Source of the DNA: a virus
Lineage: Duplodnaviria; Caudoviricetes
Length of the DNA stretch: 39,138 bases
IMG/VR virus record: IMGVR_UViG_3300029309_000102
Span: 1 to 39,138 of that record
Direction: 5' to 3' (one strand)
The notes beneath the pieces are model-generated. The model saw only the letters and a program-made list of their open reading frames with translations, did no database searches and was not told the DNA's origin. Both the position numbers and the translations under genes were made by a program. Shown piece after piece: positions 1 to 8,201 of this stretch (position 1 is the first letter of the stretch; each line of letters begins with the position of its first letter).

Positions 1-1
1 A

Positions 2-313
2 AGAGAACTTGGTAAAGAGACTGATACTCCTTATGCTCAACTGCGTGATGCTCACAATGCAGCGATGGTCAATGCAAACAAATTAAACGAGTTCGCACAT
101 GAGTATGGGGCGTTCAGTGCTGAGCGGCCCGACACTACGCGAGAACAAGTGTACGAACGAATGATGGCCTACCCGGATATTCAACCGTATGTTCAATTCG
201 CTCAAAATCAAATGACACCCAACCTCGCTGGTGGTTTCGGTCGCACTGGTATAGACCCAGCCCACTTACACACGGGCGACCCGAGCATTCACAATACCGC
301 AACGCCTTTATGA
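2..313 (+). CDS. hypothetical protein, 5'-truncated by the window edge
   Basis: The frame of ORF 65..313 is open back to position 2 (RELGKETDTPYAQLRDAHNAAMV...). Stop is TGA 311-313. Confidence 0.7.
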   Translation, partial: RELGKETDTPYAQLRDAHNAAMVNANKLNEFAHEYGAFSAERPDTTREQVYERMMAYPDIQPYVQFAQNQMTPNLAGGFGRTGIDPAHLHTGDPSIHNTATPL

Positions 314-335
314 TGCGGCATCATCGCAAAGCGTG

Positions 336-1127
336 ATGGACCCGTTCTCTCAAGCGTTTAACCTGCTGAAAGCAGACCACCTCATCAATACCTACGGTGA
401 GGATTTTGTGCTTGACATACTCGCAAAAGCCATGCCCGGAGACCCGCAAATTGAGGCTTTGCGACAATTTGTTTTGATGAACGACGATACTGAAGACCCT
501 GAACTTCGTGCTGAAGTTGAGGCTGCTTACAAGTACCTTACCGACATCTCATCGGGCCGAGAAGCCCAAATGCCTCACATCCGAGGCTACCAAGCGGGTG
601 GGCGAGGTATGACGACACCAACACCTGCATCCAGCGGCCCTACCCCAGCCTCTTACCCTCGTGCTGAGGAAAAAGAGATGCAAACAAAGAGCCTTGAAAG
701 CGAACTCGCCAACCCCCGCATGAAAACCACCGGCAAACCAATGAATGTGAGAGGCGACGCTGAGGAAAAATTCCACACGATGCAGCGTGCTAACCGAGAC
801 AAGCGAGCAGATGAAATCGCTGAGCAGAATTTGACGCCCGCCATGATGATGGACCAAGGAGGTAGGTCGGGTGGCGATAAAAGCCCCATGGCCTCCGTTA
901 GTTCGCCGTTGAGAGGTGCTCGTGGAGGTACGGTCCCAGTCCGACCACCGAAGGGACGCGACAGTCGTACATCAATGCGTGGTAGTGCATCACCTCGCAA
1001 TCCAATGGACCCACCCCGCCTCGGCTCCGGTATGCCCGACCCCGAGCGACCAAAGCCGTTTGAGTACGATGATGTCAAACTCGCAGGTACCGCGATTTCA
1101 AGAGCCCTCGCCCACCTCGGTTTTTGA
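336..1127 (+). CDS. hypothetical protein with N-terminal P-x3-AF-x2-LK tag; P/G/R-rich disordered C-terminal half (possible internal virion protein)
   Basis: 264-aa ORF (GTG 333 or ATG 336) beginning MDPFSQAFNLLKAD. TATA-like TTTATGA at 307-313 lies about 26-29 nt upstream, consistent with a leaderless transcript. Confidence 0.75.
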   Translation: MDPFSQAFNLLKADHLINTYGEDFVLDILAKAMPGDPQIEALRQFVLMNDDTEDPELRAEVEAAYKYLTDISSGREAQMPHIRGYQAGGRGMTTPTPASSGPTPASYPRAEEKEMQTKSLESELANPRMKTTGKPMNVRGDAEEKFHTMQRANRDKRADEIAEQNLTPAMMMDQGGRSGGDKSPMASVSSPLRGARGGTVPVRPPKGRDSRTSMRGSASPRNPMDPPRLGSGMPDPERPKPFEYDDVKLAGTAISRALAHLGF

Positions 1128-1132
1128 GGTGA
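1126..1132 (+). promoter_or_regulatory. archaeal-type Shine-Dalgarno GAGGTGA (representative; also 5371, 19425, 19748, 29041, 29792, 32743, 34719)
   Basis: The same heptamer recurs 4-6 nt before start codons, usually overlapping the upstream TGA stop (TGAGGTGA). Confidence 0.85.
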
Positions 1133-1136
1133 GTAA

Positions 1137-1856
1137 ATGAGCGAGCCAATCAACCTCGCTTGGCGTTTTCTCAAACAGGATGAAAACCGTCGCTTATCAC
1201 CCCAGCCAAAATACGACTACAGCGAACCTGTCTCATTAGCGATGAATGAACAAATCAAAGGCCCTTGTCAAATGTGCGGTCAAACTGAAGGACCTTACTA
1301 CGATGTCGGGTATCGCAATCCATTTCGTCCTCAACAAGATGCTATTTATACGCTGTGTGAAGCATGCTTGGATAAATTCTCAAACAGCCTTGACACCTAC
1401 GCTCCTTATGCTAAAGACATTGTACTGAGAGCGAAGCGCAACATGAGTCCCGCTGCTCGTCGCCACAAGTTGGAGTACGATACTGAATATGAATCCAGTC
1501 CTGAACGAGTTAAGTACCGAGAAGAACTCAATCGTGAGCGACAGCGCCGAGGCATTTACGGTAAGAAAAATCACATGGATGTTAGTCATACTGAAGGCGG
1601 TAAGTTGACGCTTGAAAGCGAGCATGATAACCGAGCACGGCACTTCAAGGAGCGAGGTACGCTGCGAGAGGTGGCGAAGTCAACGAGAGAAGACTTGGAA
1701 TTACTTCGCAACTTACTGCAAGGCCCTATGGACGAACAGGATAAGAAAATCGGTAGCGCTGTCGTTGGTATGCTTAACGAGCGAGAGCAGATGGAGGGAA
1801 GCGACATCCACGAGTCTCCAAAACACCACGACTTTTTCGGCGGCGTACACTTGTAA
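1137..1856 (+). CDS. Zn-finger plus HNH-like (beta-beta-alpha-Me) domain protein with N-terminal tag
   Basis: SD GAGGTGA 1126-1132. Contains CQMC...CEAC and a C-terminal R..LNR.R...G...MDVSH...DNRAR segment resembling minimal phage HNH nucleases. Starts MSEPINLAWRFLKQ. Confidence 0.6.
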   Translation: MSEPINLAWRFLKQDENRRLSPQPKYDYSEPVSLAMNEQIKGPCQMCGQTEGPYYDVGYRNPFRPQQDAIYTLCEACLDKFSNSLDTYAPYAKDIVLRAKRNMSPAARRHKLEYDTEYESSPERVKYREELNRERQRRGIYGKKNHMDVSHTEGGKLTLESEHDNRARHFKERGTLREVAKSTREDLELLRNLLQGPMDEQDKKIGSAVVGMLNEREQMEGSDIHESPKHHDFFGGVHL

Positions 1857-1861
1857 AGTGT

Positions 1862-1944
1862 AAAGGTTGTATTGTGTATTGTTTTTATTTTTACTATCTT
1901 GAATAAAAGTAAAGACAATACTACCTACTACCTTAACAACCTTT
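1862..1944. repeat. AT-rich long interrupted inverted repeat (hairpin); possible terminator, origin or structured RNA
   Basis: Inner arms 1876-1893 and 1904-1921 pair at 16/18 positions plus 2 G-U wobbles around a 10-nt loop. Outer arms AAAGGTTGT 1862-1870 and ACAACCTTT 1936-1944 are perfect complements, followed by a T run. Confidence 0.75.
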
Positions 1945-1962
1945 GATTTTTGTAGCCGCCAC

Positions 1963-1998
1963 CTTTAAGTTGACCTCAGCAGTGGCACAATCGGTGAA
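1963..1998 (+). promoter_or_regulatory. putative archaeal promoter (TATA-like CTTTAAGT) and SD for the membrane/GTPase operon
   Basis: CTTTAAGT at 1963-1970 in an intergenic gap; GGTGA a few nt before ATG 2002. Confidence 0.45.
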
Positions 1999-2001
1999 AG
2001 C

Positions 2002-2577
2002 ATGGAAGACCAACACGATGCTGAAATTCATTTGATGGGGCTTATTCTTGCGCAAAGCGCTTTAGTGGGCGTTGCTGTAGGTATTTTTGACGCTGAAGTG
2101 TGGCTCAAAAACGATACGCACTGGCTTAACGGATTTACCTACGCCATGGGCGCATTTTTCGTACAAGGTATGGCTTATTACTTCTTCAAAATGTTCTTTG
2201 AACGCACCATGCGTGAGCGAGCCCGCCTTTCGCAAATGGACAGGCAAAGAGTTCACAAGTCCCGTATGATGCAGCAAAATTTTGATTCTCGCCGTGCTGA
2301 AATGGAACTTCGCATGCAAGAAGCGCAACTTGAGCGTGAGTTGCGTTGGATGGAAGCGAACCCCGGTCAAATGCCCCCTTCTTGGGGCGTCCAAGGCGGC
2401 TCTCAATCCATGGTTGGTTTTTACGACCAGCAAGGTGGTGGAGCGGCATCCTTTGACGGTTCACGCATTCCCTCTCATCAAGCACAACCAAAACAACCCC
2501 TATCACTCGGCGTTGAAGAGGAGGCCCCGTTGAAGAAAGACGGTACCCCCGATAAACGCTACAAAAAGGGTGAGTGA
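2002..2577 (+). CDS. membrane protein, two N-terminal TM helices plus coiled coil
   Basis: Hydrophobic LMGLILAQSALVGVAVGIF and FTYAMGAFFVQGMAYYFF segments, then an R/E/Q/M-rich helix. Ends with the basic motif LKKDGTPDKRYKK. Confidence 0.8.
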   Translation: MEDQHDAEIHLMGLILAQSALVGVAVGIFDAEVWLKNDTHWLNGFTYAMGAFFVQGMAYYFFKMFFERTMRERARLSQMDRQRVHKSRMMQQNFDSRRAEMELRMQEAQLERELRWMEANPGQMPPSWGVQGGSQSMVGFYDQQGGGAASFDGSRIPSHQAQPKQPLSLGVEEEAPLKKDGTPDKRYKKGE

Positions 2578-2582
2578 GGTGC

Positions 2583-2837
2583 ATGGGTCGCATTTTCAAG
2601 ACGCCTTCGGACAATGCGACTGAGGAAACACTGCGTGCTATTCACATCGCAAATACGGTTGACACGACCTATGAGCGAGCGTGGGGCTGGGTAAAAACAG
2701 TCCTTGCCTCCTTACTCACCATGCTGATTGTGAGTGGGTTTGAATTTTACAACCCGGACATCAGTATTTACGAAAGTTCAGTGGACTGGTTCGTAGAGAA
2801 GGTTCATGAGTTCCTTCAATGGTTAAAGTGGTGGTAA
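2583..2837 (+). CDS. small single-pass membrane protein
   Basis: ATG 2583 preferred over GTG 2574 because of the GGGTGAG SD spacing. TM segment WVKTVLASLLTMLIVSGF; W-rich amphipathic C-terminus. Confidence 0.75.
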   Translation: MGRIFKTPSDNATEETLRAIHIANTVDTTYERAWGWVKTVLASLLTMLIVSGFEFYNPDISIYESSVDWFVEKVHEFLQWLKWW

Positions 2838-2838
2838 G

Positions 2839-3564
2839 TTGGTTGAACCAGCGGGCACTGCGTTAGTAGGCGCAGCCGTTTGGGGTCAACACATTTTCAA
2901 TTCGTGGCGACCAAGGCGTGTTGGTATTTACGGAGCGCCTATGGTTGGGAAGACTACGCTTGACCGCTACATGACAACACCGGGTGAAATGGAAGCGATT
3001 CCCGAAGAAGAGCGAACTACTCATGCCCGTTTGCTTGGTGTGGTCGGCCCTTACAAAATGCCTAAACCGACTCGTAAGCGTATCAGTTGGAACGGTGAAA
3101 AACGAGTGGTCTATTCAAGCGACATTGGTGGTCAAGAGCGATTTTGGAATTTGTGGGTTGAAGACATGGTAACTCGTAGAGTAGAAGCGGTTGTGTACAT
3201 GTTTGACGAAAGAGCGTTCAAAGGAGGGGATGAGGGACTACAGCAGATTGCTGGTTTCCGATACCTCGTTGACAGACTCATCAATCGCGATTATCGTTAT
3301 CGTTCATTGATGTCTCGCATTCGTGGTCGTAGGTACCATCCTCGTGTGATAATGCTCGTTGCGAACAAGGCAGACCGCTTCTTTGACGAGAGTGCTTCCA
3401 AGTTGTGGCACGATGGTCGGATAGGTGAGCATAAGGTGTTTGACCCGTTTCGTGACGACCTTATCCGTCTGCAAAAAGCAGGCATACCGACCAAACGCTC
3501 ATTCATGGCAACGCGCATCGGTTGGAATGTTGAAAAGACCATGCTGGACCTTTTGACCTCTTAA
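2839..3564 (+). CDS. Ras/Arf-superfamily small GTPase
   Basis: G1 GAPMVGKTT, candidate G2 ERTT, G3 DIGGQERF, G4 VANKAD, G5-like FMAT. TTG start; hydrophobic N-terminal segment GTALVGAAVWGQHIF. Confidence 0.88.
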   Translation: MVEPAGTALVGAAVWGQHIFNSWRPRRVGIYGAPMVGKTTLDRYMTTPGEMEAIPEEERTTHARLLGVVGPYKMPKPTRKRISWNGEKRVVYSSDIGGQERFWNLWVEDMVTRRVEAVVYMFDERAFKGGDEGLQQIAGFRYLVDRLINRDYRYRSLMSRIRGRRYHPRVIMLVANKADRFFDESASKLWHDGRIGEHKVFDPFRDDLIRLQKAGIPTKRSFMATRIGWNVEKTMLDLLTS

Positions 3565-3611
3565 GCCACCTCAGCAGAACCCTTTTACATGCTTCTTCCC
3601 TGCGTGAGTGC

Positions 3612-3815
3612 ATGGGGAGAAAGGCTACGGTCACCACGCTGCAATCAGCGGGTAAGCAAAACGGTAGTTTGCGGACCACTCTCCCAAAGTGGATTGTTGA
3701 CCACTTCGGTTTGAGCGCTGGTAGTAGCATCAACTGGTCGTTCATGGTTCAAAACGGCGAAGTAGCCGTAGTTATGACCCCAATTGAAGGTGAGGAGCAT
3801 GTATCGGCCAGTTAA
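3612..3815 (+). CDS. AbrB/MazE/SpoVT-family DNA-binding protein
   Basis: GSLRTTLPKWIVDHFGLSAGSSINW matches the swapped-hairpin signature. TATA-like CTTTTACA at 3582-3589 fits leaderless spacing. Confidence 0.85.
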   Translation: MGRKATVTTLQSAGKQNGSLRTTLPKWIVDHFGLSAGSSINWSFMVQNGEVAVVMTPIEGEEHVSAS

Positions 3816-4722
3816 TTCCCAAGCCTTGTATCAATCAAATGATGCTCACCTTGCTATGTTGGCTGCACAAGGAAACGAGCAACTGACACAGGCTGCTCTT
3901 AGTGAAATGGTTGCCGCTCAACAAGCGATGCAACAAGCAGGCGAAAGTCAAAACCTTGAGGTTCCTAAAGTCAACTTTTTTCCAAGCAATCACCACGACC
4001 CACGCAAAGCACGCAAGCGAGACATCAAGCAGGCTTACCGACTTCTCAAACCCGCTAAGCGCTCACGACTAAGCCCACTGCGTTGGGCTGGAAACAAGTA
4101 TCGCTACAACAAAGACACTGGTACTTGTGTTGTTGATGGTTGTGATTGTGCTGCTTTGATTAAACACGATAACCTCTACATGCGTATTTGTGATGAAGAC
4201 ACGGGGCGTAGCCTATGGGAGATGTACTGGCAAAATCCTGTGACTGGTCAGCCCGAGGCTTTCATCGCTCAAGATGGTGTGACCAGCGGGCGTAAAATGA
4301 GAGGTACTTACTGCCCTGAACATCTCCATTTGTTTCACTTACTCAAAAAATGGGAGACTGAGGAGGACAAACACCGTGAGATGAACCCAAATCGTCTCAA
4401 AGAGAAGGTGAAGCGAGGTGTTTCAATTGTCACTGTACCAGTCTCTTCGGTGAGAAAGAAAGACCCACAACCAGCCATGCTGCAAAAGTACGAACCGTTC
4501 TTTGCTGAGTTGGAAAGAGACGCCGGTAAGACCAAAGGAATTAGCATACTGAATTACAAAAATCCAGCCACTGGTGTGAATGATGTCACGATGGTTGTTT
4601 TTGATTTGCGGATTTTTCAACAGGAGTTGACAGCCCTTAATACCCCTACTCCTGACTTTCAAACGCTGCTGCAACAAGAACAGCAGAACCTTGATGTTGA
4701 AGGACAACTTGGGCAGGTGTGA
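3799..4722 (+). CDS. hypothetical protein with Q/A-rich N-terminus and probable Zn-binding residues
   Basis: SD GGTGAGG precedes in-frame ATG 3799. Contains CVVDGCDC and YCPEH motifs. Confidence 0.75.
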   Translation: MYRPVNSQALYQSNDAHLAMLAAQGNEQLTQAALSEMVAAQQAMQQAGESQNLEVPKVNFFPSNHHDPRKARKRDIKQAYRLLKPAKRSRLSPLRWAGNKYRYNKDTGTCVVDGCDCAALIKHDNLYMRICDEDTGRSLWEMYWQNPVTGQPEAFIAQDGVTSGRKMRGTYCPEHLHLFHLLKKWETEEDKHREMNPNRLKEKVKRGVSIVTVPVSSVRKKDPQPAMLQKYEPFFAELERDAGKTKGISILNYKNPATGVNDVTMVVFDLRIFQQELTALNTPTPDFQTLLQQEQQNLDVEGQLGQV

Positions 4723-4727
4723 GTCGT

Positions 4728-5372
4728 ATGTTCAATTTTGGTCAACCTCAACAACCTGCCGGTTTGAATTTATCAGTTACTGGTGCTCCTACCGGTCAAG
4801 CAGTACAAGGTTTGGGTCTCGGCGCTCAACCTCAACAGCCCGCTGGTTTCATGGGAGGTTTGGCCGGAGGGATGGGTATGCAACAGCAGTACGGCCAAGC
4901 GCAGCAATTTGCCCAACAACCTATGCTACCACCAAGTGAAATGGAATTGATGAATGCTTTGCTCCAATCACAAAATCCAATTCATCGTTTTATCGCATCA
5001 GGTGGACTTGCATCCCTCATTGACCTCATCGCTACTACAACCAGTCTCACACTGATGAATGTCCTCAAAAACGCCACCTTTGCTATTGACGATGATGAAG
5101 GCGGTATGAAATTGGACATTGGTGCTCTACCCGACAATCTCAAAACGCTCAGTGCTGAAAATGTTAGCGTGTTGTTAAACCAAATCGTAAGTAGCAGCCA
5201 ACAAACACTTCAACAGGCTGACATGCAACGACAACAAATTCTCGCCATGGCTCAACAATCCATGATGGGCGGCGCTCTTCAAGCGGCATTGGCAGATGAA
5301 GGGACAATGGAAAAAATCGGAGGCGGAATAGGTAGCGTGGCTCGCTCCTTCATGGGTCTGCCAAAACAATGA
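4728..5372 (+). CDS. Q/G-rich low-complexity protein with glycine-rich hydrophobic helices
   Basis: ATG 4728 follows AGGTGTGA. MFNFGQPQQPAG...AQPQQPAG repeats; GFMGGLAGGMG and IGGGIGSVARSFMG segments. Confidence 0.75.
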   Translation: MFNFGQPQQPAGLNLSVTGAPTGQAVQGLGLGAQPQQPAGFMGGLAGGMGMQQQYGQAQQFAQQPMLPPSEMELMNALLQSQNPIHRFIASGGLASLIDLIATTTSLTLMNVLKNATFAIDDDEGGMKLDIGALPDNLKTLSAENVSVLLNQIVSSSQQTLQQADMQRQQILAMAQQSMMGGALQAALADEGTMEKIGGGIGSVARSFMGLPKQ

Positions 5373-5381
5373 GGTGAAAAG

Positions 5382-5630
5382 ATGCAAGGGTCGTTTACAG
5401 AAGGTACTTATCAAGGTTTGAGTGATAGCAGTCTGAGTGTTTTTGCACCTACTCGTTCAGTCATTACCGACATGATAATGGTTCAGTTGTTAAGCATCAT
5501 TTTAGCACTCGTGCTATTGATGATTTTCAAGGGTAATCAGTTGGACACAAACGATATTTCACTCTTCTTGGTTGGTATCTTCGGCTCCAGTATTTTGCTT
5601 GGTAGCATTTACTCCCGACTCACAAGTTGA
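5382..5630 (+). CDS. small two-TM membrane protein (holin-sized)
   Basis: SD GAGGTGA 5371-5377. TM segments MIMVQLLSIILALVLLMIF and ISLFLVGIFGSSILLGSIY. Confidence 0.78.
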   Translation: MQGSFTEGTYQGLSDSSLSVFAPTRSVITDMIMVQLLSIILALVLLMIFKGNQLDTNDISLFLVGIFGSSILLGSIYSRLTS

Positions 5631-5852
5631 CCACTTACCCTTTGGACAATCACTTGAAGGTGCCATCGCTTTGAGTGGCATGAAGCACCCACACATTCTA
5701 CACATGTGGAGTTTCTTGATGAAAAGCACGCAGTCTCGGCAAGTATTGAGACGATTCATGTAGGTTCCTTTAGTCACGCGATTGCCCGTAATAATGTCTT
5801 TTGAAGCGACAACGATTTGAGGTGGTTTCACTCTCTCCCACCGTCGGAACAT
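5559..5852 (-). CDS. Cys-rich Zn-binding protein (DUF6171-like)
   Basis: RL..CxxC...CxxCGCF...K......CP.GKW pattern seen in a widespread phage family. SD GGTGGTGA lies 4 nt before the ATG on the minus strand. It is the only convincing minus-strand gene. Confidence 0.75.
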   Translation of the reverse strand: MFRRWERVKPPQIVVASKDIITGNRVTKGTYMNRLNTCRDCVLFIKKLHMCRMCGCFMPLKAMAPSSDCPKGKWSTCESGVNATKQNTGAEDTNQEE

Positions 5853-5912
5853 GATTTCACCACCAGCCTCATCAAGAAAAGGATTATGTTCAATGCCGCT
5901 TTAGAAGCGCAC

Positions 5913-6599
5913 ATGGGAGGAGCGGAGCGTGTTTCTAAACGGTCCTGCGCCTTCTGTCAACATCCCAGTCGTGACGAGTTGGAACAGGGCTTGTTGTTAG
6001 GTGAAATTTCATCCACTCAGTTGGATAAAGACATGGGTTGGAGGCACAATACCAGCGACCGGCATTTCCGTAACCACATGGGTCAATTCCACATGGCTTC
6101 TAATCCGCAGTGCAAGGTTTGTTCACATCCACAACGGGCTGAATTTGAACAACGATACTTCGCTGACGGTAGCGAATCCGAACTCATCGCTGTTGAATTG
6201 GGTATCGCTGAGTCATCGGTGTATCACCACATGAAACATCATTTCCAACCGTTAGTACAAAAAGCCGCAGTTGCTGAAGTCAGCATGGTCGTGGGAAGGG
6301 AATTGGATGTACTCAAGTCAAATGTTGAACTCCTCAATCATAAGTTGTCCGAATTGCTCAATGAGGGCAGTGTACACGAAGATGGGTTCGTGCGAGATGC
6401 AGTGTCCTTGCACAAAGAAGTGAGAGAGTCAATTAAGGACATCAGGAAAATGCAAGACGACTGGGGGCCTACGAGTGAAAACGGTGAAATCCATAATACC
6501 ATCAACATTCTCAAAGTTGAACTCGGTAAGGAGAGTCCTGATTCTTGGGCTCGTATTCGTGAGAAACTGATAGGGCATGTAGAGGAGGGCTTCGTATGA
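5913..6599 (+). CDS. tandem CxxC-HP-x-R...H-x3-H Zn-finger/HTH protein with C-terminal coiled coil; candidate terminase small subunit
   Basis: Two repeats (CAFCQHPSR...RHFRNH and CKVCSHPQR...HHMKHH) followed by helical oligomerisation-like segments. Start uncertain (ATG 5886 or 5913). The 5817 start overlaps the divergent gene. Confidence 0.55.
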   Translation: MGGAERVSKRSCAFCQHPSRDELEQGLLLGEISSTQLDKDMGWRHNTSDRHFRNHMGQFHMASNPQCKVCSHPQRAEFEQRYFADGSESELIAVELGIAESSVYHHMKHHFQPLVQKAAVAEVSMVVGRELDVLKSNVELLNHKLSELLNEGSVHEDGFVRDAVSLHKEVRESIKDIRKMQDDWGPTSENGEIHNTINILKVELGKESPDSWARIREKLIGHVEEGFV

Positions 6600-6997
6600 T
6601 GGCTGTTCCCGTACCCGATTTGCTTCAAGTCACTCATCCCGCTTATTCGTTAATGACGCAAAAAGAAGTTACTACGGAGGTTATTCCTTCGTTACTTGAT
6701 TTTGCCGAGCGAGTTGTTGAACGATTTGAGTTCTACGGTAATCTTGCCGTAGCCCCTCAAGACCTCATGATTATGCTAAAGAACGGGTTTGAAAAGTTGT
6801 GTAAGAGCGACGACCCACAGGAGGTTTTACCCATTCGTGATTTCCTCCCCCGTTTGTTAGAAGAGTTTGAAATGACCATGGGCAGTATGTCTCGCGCATT
6901 CCCTTCAAACCCACGAGTGAGTAAATTCTACACATCATTATCTGATATGCTCTATGTTGCTTACGACGAATTAAGCGGGGGGCCACTCTATGACTGA
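6596..6997 (+). CDS. hypothetical protein
   Basis: 133-aa ORF coupled by an ATGA overlap, with a GAGGAGGG SD. Confidence 0.75.
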   Translation: MMAVPVPDLLQVTHPAYSLMTQKEVTTEVIPSLLDFAERVVERFEFYGNLAVAPQDLMIMLKNGFEKLCKSDDPQEVLPIRDFLPRLLEEFEMTMGSMSRAFPSNPRVSKFYTSLSDMLYVAYDELSGGPLYD

Positions 6998-8201
6998 GGG
7001 TATGATGGGTCGCGGTTCGGACACCCGAATGTACGCTCCTCGTTCGGAGTCCTCGCACATGTTCCGTGCAAATTACGAGGATGAGCGTACACCCACAGGG
7101 CATGATGACCCTTCTGATAAAGAAAAACGCATGGATAAGCGTCAAGCCAAAAAAGAGCGTGAAGAGGAAAAAGAGCGCTCATTACGCCATATCAAAGTAA
7201 GGGCGCATCACATGGGTCTTAACAAACCCGAAGAGGATGATGGCGACGAGGGAGACAAGAAATTCAAACCGCGTGATTCGCCAAGTGAACCTACCATACC
7301 CTCGGGGGCCGGTGGTTTCCTCACCAGCCTTGGTGCTCAAGCCAAAGGCCCCGGCGCTGCTGGAGGTGAAATGATTCAAATGTCCGAGCCGATGGAGCAT
7401 GCTTGGAGTTCGTTGCTTAAGCAATCCCGAGCGCAAAAGAAGCGTCGCAAGAAGGAACAGTACGCCAAGTGGCGTCCATCTACCGGTCAGTTCAAGCGCC
7501 CTCGTGGCGGCTACAGCGGTCGTAGTGGTACCTCCGCCCGAGCAAAAAACCTATCTCGTCACCTCCCCATGGGTAAGAAGACGGGGCTGATGCGACCACA
7601 CTTGGCTGTTGAGATGTCTCACCGTGGTATTGCCAGCAAGCAGCCAATGTCCAAAGACCCACAAGCCTATGGCGCTTATCGTGGCTATCAAGAAGCGCAG
7701 AAAATTCAAGGTGGTGTGCCCAGCAGACTATCACGCCGTGCTCCGTTCGGTCAACTCAACGCACCCAGTGGTCGTGTGTTTGGTATTCGTGCGCCCAAAC
7801 CTCGTTTGAAACCTCACCGAGCACCACCGATTCAACCGCCCCGAATGCGTACACCTCACCTCAACCGACCAAAAATGCCCGGTATGGTGACGATGAGTGA
7901 GGACGAAGTGCAAGGCAGCGACCTGCTTAAGCGGGACATGAACCATTACTTGCTGGCTGAACTACGCACATCGCTCAAAGAACTCCAAGACCTGATGCGT
8001 CGCAAGAAGGACAAGGACCGCAAGAGCAAGGGTATGGGCACACCCGACACGGCTGGTGGTGCTTCTACGCTACCCAACTATCCCGGCAACAATCCAAAGC
8101 AGACAACAAACCCAACAGGGGCCACTGAAAGTCAAGAAGATGCTCGTCAATACGGACTTGACCCACGAGCACTTGCTGGTAGAGGGAGTGGACGAGCATG
8201 A
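6990..8201 (+). CDS. basic, K/R/P-rich largely disordered protein (possible DNA-condensing internal protein)
   Basis: 403-aa ORF with internal tag MSEPMEHAWSSLLKQ followed by a very basic region. Confidence 0.75.
   Translation: MTEGMMGRGSDTRMYAPRSESSHMFRANYEDERTPTGHDDPSDKEKRMDKRQAKKEREEEKERSLRHIKVRAHHMGLNKPEEDDGDEGDKKFKPRDSPSEPTIPSGAGGFLTSLGAQAKGPGAAGGEMIQMSEPMEHAWSSLLKQSRAQKKRRKKEQYAKWRPSTGQFKRPRGGYSGRSGTSARAKNLSRHLPMGKKTGLMRPHLAVEMSHRGIASKQPMSKDPQAYGAYRGYQEAQKIQGGVPSRLSRRAPFGQLNAPSGRVFGIRAPKPRLKPHRAPPIQPPRMRTPHLNRPKMPGMVTMSEDEVQGSDLLKRDMNHYLLAELRTSLKELQDLMRRKKDKDRKSKGMGTPDTAGGASTLPNYPGNNPKQTTNPTGATESQEDARQYGLDPRALAGRGSGRA

Noticed and set aside
5382-5630. Holin call
   Set aside because: Size and two TM helices fit, but there is no adjacent endolysin or family motif, so it is left as a membrane protein.
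5817-5912. N-terminal extension of ORF 5817..6599
   Set aside because: It overlaps the start and SD of the divergent minus-strand gene; a later ATG is more plausible.
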